Assembly: GCF_002945325.1 (NCBI RefSeq)
Contig: NZ_CP026606.1
Span: 330,001 to 362,000 of the forward strand
Length of the DNA: 32,000 nucleotides
Source of the DNA: Methanococcus maripaludis
GTDB taxonomy: Archaea; AGJL01; Methanococci; Methanococcales; Methanococcaceae
Direction: 5' to 3'
Part shown: piece by piece, positions 26,203-32,000 of the stretch
Layout: the number at the start of each line of letters is the position of its first letter
Position numbering within the stretch: position 1 is the first letter of the stretch
Notes under the pieces: generated by a model
What the model saw: only the letters and a program-made list of their open reading frames with translations
What the model was told of the DNA's origin: nothing
The model's database searches: none
Made by a program: the position numbers and the translations under genes

Positions 26203-28152
26203 TTATTTCTTTAATCCTCCACGAAGGGTTGCTGCAACGCCATAATCAAATTCCATCAATTCTCGACCATTTAGTATTGTTGTACCGTATGCCAATAATT
26301 CGTCATCAGAATTTACAATCAAAACTTCTTCAAATGGCCTTAATTCTGGATCACAGTCTTTAACGAATTTAGAATAAACGGATTTTCCAGCCCTTGCAAA
26401 TTCTTCGACACTGCTGTCGATTATTATTCTATATTTTGGAAACTCGAGTTTTTCATGTAAAAGTTCAGCACCTGATTTTGCAGGAATCAAGAAGTTGTCA
26501 TTTGCCCGTAATGTAAACAAAACCTCTTTTTCAAGTAAAAGATTTCTAATTCTGCCAGTATTTTTACTTCTTCTTGATTTTACTTTTCCCATTAATTCAT
26601 CGTCGAGTATTTTAGCACCATACTGGTATTCAAGCATTTTTCCAATTCTAAAAATATCGGGATTAACTTTGTCGCACTCTTTTTTCTTGCCGTAGTGATT
26701 TATGTAGTAGTTGTATGTACTTATATCGAGTATTTTTTCAGCGTGTTTTTCCTTAAATTCGCTTATAAATTCATTATTATATTTTTTTTCAAAATCATAC
26801 AAATCTGGAACTTCATTTTGAGCTAATGGATACATTGTATCAATATTTAGTGGAACTAACCCAAATACGCTGTCTTTTATGAGTACATCAACATCGCAAG
26901 GTACATTGTCTAAATTTTCATGGTAGGGTTTTGAAGTATGTTCTGAAACGCTTGTTACGTAGATTTTATCGTACTGAATTCTTTCAAGCCTTTGTTTGTG
27001 CCTGTAAATTTCAGGCCTATTCATACTTTCATATCCCGTGTAGAAAAATCCGGACTTTTTAGAGACAGGATCATGTTTTTCGATGAAATCCATATATTTT
27101 GAAATAACTCTCAAACCGTTCAAAAGTTTAGGGTGGCTTCTGCACCTTTCTTCAACGAGTTCCCAGAGGTTTCCTTCTTTTATTGCATTTTTAATTCTAT
27201 CAATTTCTTCAAAAGTAACGTATAAATTGTGTTCTGCAAGTAATCTCGTTTTTTCCTTTTCATTTAAGTTGTAGAGCTGTTTTGGAGTGTATTCACTGCA
27301 TACTTTACAGGTGCAAGGGAAACTTTTCAAATCTTTCATGTCTTTGAGGTGGAGAGTTCCGTCTGCTGTTAAATATCTTCCATTTTTAGCGTAAAGGGCA
27401 TATGCGGCACTATCAAATAAATCACATCCAAGTGCAACTGAAAGTGCAAATAACATCGGGTGTCCGCATCCAAAAAGATGAACAGGCTTGTTTGTTGGAA
27501 GATGCATTTTTGAATTTAAAATAACTTCTGCAACTTCCCTGTATCGATAATCTTCCATTAAAGGAACTACTGCACCAATTGGGTAGATATCAAAGTCCAT
27601 TTTACCCATAACTTCAGCACTTTTCTGCCTTAAATCGAGGTATTTTGAACCCTGAATTGTTCCATTCAGTGCAAGTTTATAGCCCATTTCACTTCTTCTT
27701 TTAATTGAATCTTCTGCTCTTTTAAATGTTTCAATTAGATCACTTTCAGCTTTTTCTCTTGAAACATCCGGGGCAGTTGGAATATCAAGTATTGTTCCAA
27801 CATCTACTCCGATTTTTTCCTGAAAATCGATTATTTCCATCGGGCCGACATTTACATCCCCATAAACGCTCAACTGAAATGAACCGCTATCCGTTACAAC
27901 AACATTTTTAAAGTCGATTAATTCGTGAATTCCTTTTGTTTCCGCAATTTCTCTAAGTTCAGGGGTCGTGTAAGTTATATACGAATTTGTAATTACAACA
28001 TCTGCCATTTTATTTATTAAATCCATTGAAACTGTCTGTTTTTTAGGATTTGGGTGAATTACAGGCATAATTGTTGGAGTTTCAATTTTTTTTCCGTTTA
28101 TCGTGATTACACCAAGTCTACCCATTGCATCACGAGCTTTTATTTCAAACAT
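26203..28152 (-). CDS. tgtA: tRNA-guanine(15) transglycosylase (archaeosine biosynthesis), with C-terminal PUA domain
   Basis: FEIKARDAMGRLGVITINGKKIETPTIMPVIHP, VVTDSGSFQLSVYG, HLFGCGHPMLFALSVALGCDLFDSAAYALYA, PUA-like C-terminus EVLIVNSDDELLAYGTTILNGRELMEFDYGVAATLRGG. Confidence 0.95.
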   Translation of the reverse strand: MFEIKARDAMGRLGVITINGKKIETPTIMPVIHPNPKKQTVSMDLINKMADVVITNSYITYTTPELREIAETKGIHELIDFKNVVVTDSGSFQLSVYGDVNVGPMEIIDFQEKIGVDVGTILDIPTAPDVSREKAESDLIETFKRAEDSIKRRSEMGYKLALNGTIQGSKYLDLRQKSAEVMGKMDFDIYPIGAVVPLMEDYRYREVAEVILNSKMHLPTNKPVHLFGCGHPMLFALSVALGCDLFDSAAYALYAKNGRYLTADGTLHLKDMKDLKSFPCTCKVCSEYTPKQLYNLNEKEKTRLLAEHNLYVTFEEIDRIKNAIKEGNLWELVEERCRSHPKLLNGLRVISKYMDFIEKHDPVSKKSGFFYTGYESMNRPEIYRHKQRLERIQYDKIYVTSVSEHTSKPYHENLDNVPCDVDVLIKDSVFGLVPLNIDTMYPLAQNEVPDLYDFEKKYNNEFISEFKEKHAEKILDISTYNYYINHYGKKKECDKVNPDIFRIGKMLEYQYGAKILDDELMGKVKSRRSKNTGRIRNLLLEKEVLFTLRANDNFLIPAKSGAELLHEKLEFPKYRIIIDSSVEEFARAGKSVYSKFVKDCDPELRPFEEVLIVNSDDELLAYGTTILNGRELMEFDYGVAATLRGGLKK

Positions 28153-28299
28153 GTTTCCACCATAAATTAAACTTTATAATCTGTAAAAATCGATAATTTT
28201 CAATAATAATCCCAAATGTTAAAATAGCAATTAACTATTAGATATATTACTTCATATAAAAAGAGATTCTTATTTAAAATATTTTTGGTTGGCGAGAAA

Positions 28300-28650
28300 A
28301 TGTATGAACAGGCTATTGTTATTCGAAATGATCTAAAAATGGGAAAGGGGAAAATGGCGGCTCAAGCCTGTCATGCATCACTTCAAGCTTTTTTACATGC
28401 TCAAAAAATAAGTTCATCTGCGGTTAGTGGCTGGATGAATGAAGGGCAGAAGAAAGTTGTGTTAAAAGTAAATTCTGAAAAGGAACTTTTAGAGATATTT
28501 AAAAACGTCAATATCGAAGGACTTCCGTGCAGTTTAATAAGAGATGCAGGAAGGACGCAGATTGAACCTGGAAGTCTTACTGCTGTTGGAATTGGCCCTG
28601 AAAAAGAAGAAAAAATTTCAAAAGTTACGAAAGATTTAAAATTACTTTAA
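28300..28650 (+). CDS. pth2: Peptidyl-tRNA hydrolase, Pth2 type
   Basis: [65 protein letters not shown]. Start at 28300 follows GGCGAGAAA; the tracked upstream start is less likely. Confidence 0.95.
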   Translation: MYEQAIVIRNDLKMGKGKMAAQACHASLQAFLHAQKISSSAVSGWMNEGQKKVVLKVNSEKELLEIFKNVNIEGLPCSLIRDAGRTQIEPGSLTAVGIGPEKEEKISKVTKDLKLL

Positions 28651-28785
28651 AACTTAAGTTTACAAGAGTTTTATAAAAATTTAAGCACTATTATAAATAT
28701 TTGAAAACAGAATAATAACATACAAAATTTAAGTTTACCGATTCATTTTATTCTTTAAGATTTGGATTCTAATCTGGTGATAATT

Positions 28786-30021
28786 GTGGCTGTTAAAATA
28801 GCAGAACTTACCTGTGGAGCCGAATACAGCGGTGTTCAGGCTGAAATTGAAAAAGCTGCGAAGGAAGTTGGTGGAGAACTTATATATCCTGAAGTCGATT
28901 TAGAATATATCGATAAAGTTAACGACTATTTGGGATTTGAAGTCGCGTCTGCTAACTTAAAATTAATGTTTGCAAGAGCAATGTCCATTATTGAAGGAAA
29001 TACTGATGCAGAAGCAGTCTTTATTTCAACCTGCTTTAGATGTGCTGAAGGGGCCCTTGTAAGAAACGAAGTTAGAAGATTAATACAACAAAACACGGAT
29101 TTACCTGTTGTTATGTATTCATTTACCGAAAGAACAAAAGCTTCAGAATTACTTACGAGAATGGAAGCTTTAGTTACAATTGTGGATAAAAAAGCACTTC
29201 TTGCAAGGAAAAAGCAGGATGGCATAAGTTTAGGGCTTGACAGTGGTTCAACTACAACAAAAGCAGTTATCATGAAAAATAACGAGGTTGTTGGAACAGG
29301 CTGGGTTTATACTAAAGATGTTATCGAATCTGCACAGGAAGCACTTGATGCGGCTTTAAAAGAATCTGGACTTAAGATGGAAGATATTGAAACAATTGGA
29401 ACTACAGGTTATGGTAGACACACCCTTGGGGACCACTACAAAGCTGATTTAGTACAGGAAGAATTAACTGTTAATTCAAAAGGTGCTGCATTCTTAGCAG
29501 GTGCTCAGAAAGGAGAAGCTACTGTAATAGATATTGGTGGAATGGATAACAAAGCAATTTCACTGAATAATGCAATTCCTGATGGTTTTACAATGGGAGG
29601 AATCTGTGCCGGTGCAAGCGGTAGATTCTTTGAAATTACTGCAAGAAGACTTGGAGTATCCATTCAGGAACTTGGTGATATTGCGGCAACCGGAGACTGG
29701 CGAAACGTCATGATGAACAGCTACTGTATTGTATTTGGGATTCAAGATTTAGTAACGGGTCTTGCAGGTGGTGCTACGCCAAATGATGTTGCAGCTGCGG
29801 CCGCCCACTCTGTTGCAGAACAAATTTACGAACAGCAACTCCAAGAAGTTGATGTAAGAGATCCTTTAATTTTGGTTGGCGGAAGCAGTCTTCTGAAAGG
29901 AATGGTTCTTGCACTTGAAGAAATACTCGGTAAAAAAATAATAGTTCCAAAATATTCTCAATATATCGGTGCAGTTGGTGCTGCATTGATCTCTTCAGGA
30001 TATAGGAATCTTAAAAAATAA
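28786..30021 (+). CDS. Methanogenesis marker protein 15 (activator-ATPase-like, ASKHA fold)
   Basis: [67 protein letters not shown]; GTG start at 28786 after GGTGATAATT. Confidence 0.88.
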   Translation: MAVKIAELTCGAEYSGVQAEIEKAAKEVGGELIYPEVDLEYIDKVNDYLGFEVASANLKLMFARAMSIIEGNTDAEAVFISTCFRCAEGALVRNEVRRLIQQNTDLPVVMYSFTERTKASELLTRMEALVTIVDKKALLARKKQDGISLGLDSGSTTTKAVIMKNNEVVGTGWVYTKDVIESAQEALDAALKESGLKMEDIETIGTTGYGRHTLGDHYKADLVQEELTVNSKGAAFLAGAQKGEATVIDIGGMDNKAISLNNAIPDGFTMGGICAGASGRFFEITARRLGVSIQELGDIAATGDWRNVMMNSYCIVFGIQDLVTGLAGGATPNDVAAAAAHSVAEQIYEQQLQEVDVRDPLILVGGSSLLKGMVLALEEILGKKIIVPKYSQYIGAVGAALISSGYRNLKK

Positions 30022-30057
30022 CTTTTTTTAAGTTTTTAGGTTAATAGGTGTGGCATT

Positions 30058-31668
30058 ATGGACAGTAATATTGATGTTGAAATTTTATCCATTTTATCTG
30101 AAGCATCTGCCCCAGTTGGTGCAAAAATAATTGCAGATTCACTAAAAGACAGGGGTTATGATATTGGAGAAAGGGCTGTTAGGTATCACTTAAAAGTACT
30201 TGATGAAAACAGTCTTACAAAAAAATTAGGTTATTCTGGAAGAGAAATTACTGAAAAAGGAATTGAAGAACTTGAAAAAGCGAACATTTCATTTAGAATT
30301 GGTTCAGTATTCTCGCAAGTTATTGAAAAACTTTATCTGTCAGATTTTCCTTCAAAAGTTCTTATAAATACTGCTAAATTCGAAGGAGAGTATAAAACAA
30401 TAAAAGAAATGGTATTACGATCATTTGAAGCAGGTTATTCTGTAGGAGATTACCTAAATATCAAGAAAAAAGGAAATACAGTATCTGTAGAAACCCTTTG
30501 TAGCATTACGTTTGATAACTTTTTATTAAAAAACGGAATAATTCCAACCCCTGAATACGGTGGAATCGTTAAATTTGAAGATTACGAGCCAGTGAATTTT
30601 GAAGGAGTAATTGATTTTAAAAGTTCTTCAATTGACCCATTAGTTGCATTTATCATGCAGGGAAAAACTGATGTAATAGGAGTAATTGAAAACGGAGAAG
30701 GACTCGTTCCTGCAAACTTCCGAGTAATTCCAAAATCAAGTGAAAAACAGTTTGAAACTATCCTTAAAAAAGACATGCTAAATTCTGTTTTAGCATATGG
30801 AACTGAAAACGTACTTGGAATGAATTTAAACCCTGAACAGATTGGAGTAGTGTTGGTTGGTGGATTAACGCCACTTTGTATCCCTCACGAATCAGGATAT
30901 ACTGCAGACATAAGTGCTGCCACACAGCTTAAAGATATTTCATCAATGGAGAAAAAAACAAAAGGATTCCTTGAAGCAAAGAAAAAGAAAGGAAAATTTA
31001 AAGTAACTCCAGTTTTATCCAAAATGCTTTCAAAAATGCAGACCATAAATTATGATATTGAAGATAAAAAAGGCAACGTTGTTGTAAACACTGCAAAAAT
31101 TCCTATTGAATACAAGGAAGAAGCAATAAATGCATTAAAAGACAGTTATGAAAATAAACTCGCAATTTCAGATCGATTGAAAGTAGAATGCGACGATAAA
31201 TTCTTAAATGCATACACAATATGTTCATTAACTGTTGATGGAGTATTTTTGAAAAACAAAATTCCAGTAATTCCATACTATGGTGGAATTTTAGAAGTAA
31301 AAGCAGATAAAAAACGGTTTATTGAAGCAATTGACTACGAAGGGACTTCGCTTGACCCTCATGAGGTATTTTTCAATAAAGCTGATGGTAAAAACTACAT
31401 TTTAGCAGGTATTCGGAAAGTTCCAATGTCTGCATCTGAAAAATTAATAGAACTTAACGAAAAACTCGGTTGGAATTCGATAATCGAAATAGGAAGGCCA
31501 AATAACGATATCTGCGGTGTTCGTGTTGAAAAATGTATGTTTGGAATCACCACAATTGGTGGAACAAACCCATTTGCAAATATACGCAAAAATAACATCC
31601 CTGTGGAAATGAAGACCCTCCACAAATCAATTGACTATTCAGAACTAACACATTACGACGATATTTAA
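30058..31668 (+). CDS. nrpR: Global nitrogen regulator NrpR (N-terminal wHTH plus two DUF128/NrpR domains)
   Basis: MDSNIDVEILSILSEASAPVGAKIIADSLKDRGYDIGERAVRYHLKVLDENSLTKKLGYSGREITEKG, with duplicated effector domains (GEGLVPANFRVIP; GTNPFANIRKNNIPVEM). Confidence 0.93.
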   Translation: MDSNIDVEILSILSEASAPVGAKIIADSLKDRGYDIGERAVRYHLKVLDENSLTKKLGYSGREITEKGIEELEKANISFRIGSVFSQVIEKLYLSDFPSKVLINTAKFEGEYKTIKEMVLRSFEAGYSVGDYLNIKKKGNTVSVETLCSITFDNFLLKNGIIPTPEYGGIVKFEDYEPVNFEGVIDFKSSSIDPLVAFIMQGKTDVIGVIENGEGLVPANFRVIPKSSEKQFETILKKDMLNSVLAYGTENVLGMNLNPEQIGVVLVGGLTPLCIPHESGYTADISAATQLKDISSMEKKTKGFLEAKKKKGKFKVTPVLSKMLSKMQTINYDIEDKKGNVVVNTAKIPIEYKEEAINALKDSYENKLAISDRLKVECDDKFLNAYTICSLTVDGVFLKNKIPVIPYYGGILEVKADKKRFIEAIDYEGTSLDPHEVFFNKADGKNYILAGIRKVPMSASEKLIELNEKLGWNSIIEIGRPNNDICGVRVEKCMFGITTIGGTNPFANIRKNNIPVEMKTLHKSIDYSELTHYDDI

Positions 31669-31690
31669 ATTTTAATATAAGGAGATAATT

Positions 31691-32000
31691 ATGGGAAAAA
31701 AGGACAAAAGATGGGTTCTTCAAAGGAAAAACGACCATTACTATAATTTAGCAAAAAGAAGAAATTACAGATCACGAGCAACGTATAAATTATTCCAGTT
31801 GAATGAAAAATTCAATTTGATAAAAGAAAGAAACGTTGTTGTAGATTTAGGGTGTGCTCCAGGAGGATGGCTCCAAGCTGCAAGAGATATTGTTGGAGAT
31901 AATGGATTTATCGTTGGAATTGATTTACAAACTGTAAAACCGCTCCCACATGACAACGTCATTGCAATTAAAGGCGATATGACAAAAGAAGAAATATTAA
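31691..32000 (+). CDS. rlmE: RlmE/FtsJ-type rRNA 2'-O-methyltransferase, truncated by the window edge
   Basis: [80 protein letters not shown]; follows GGAGATAATT and runs off the right edge. Confidence 0.93.
   Translation, partial: MGKKDKRWVLQRKNDHYYNLAKRRNYRSRATYKLFQLNEKFNLIKERNVVVDLGCAPGGWLQAARDIVGDNGFIVGIDLQTVKPLPHDNVIAIKGDMTKEEIL

Noticed and set aside
1-32000. CRISPR array, integrated element, transposon, tRNA/rRNA genes or defence island
   Set aside because: No repeat-spacer pattern, integrase/transposase, tRNA-like fold or defence domains were recognised; the content is core methanogen genes on both strands.

Overview
AT-rich archaeal chromosomal window. Gene content points to Methanococcus, probably M. 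maripaludis or a close relative: AtwA, methanogenesis marker protein 15, NrpR, archaeosine transglycosylase, TiaS, RadB, L34e/L14e, and GGTGA-type ribosome binding sites. It is mostly ordinary, densely packed core genome; I see no CRISPR array, transposase, integrase, rRNA or tRNA gene. The most interesting points are: (1) a divergent Feo iron-transport locus with a DtxR-type regulator split by a single-base frameshift in a T7 run, two near-identical DtxR-like inverted repeats, and an unlisted 45-aa Cys-rich small protein between feoA and feoB; (2) a ~110-nt candidate structured RNA downstream of truD, with its own TATA box, two potential hairpin systems and a poly-T end, possibly H/ACA-like; (3) an atwA-DUF134-MJ1244-like operon with a perfect 12-bp palindrome in its promoter; (4) an envelope/export cluster (MacB/LolD ABC, COG1361-type protein, membrane-anchored wHTH, secreted beta-propeller) with a perfect inverted repeat upstream of the beta-propeller gene. 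No strong evidence of a defence or mobile system.
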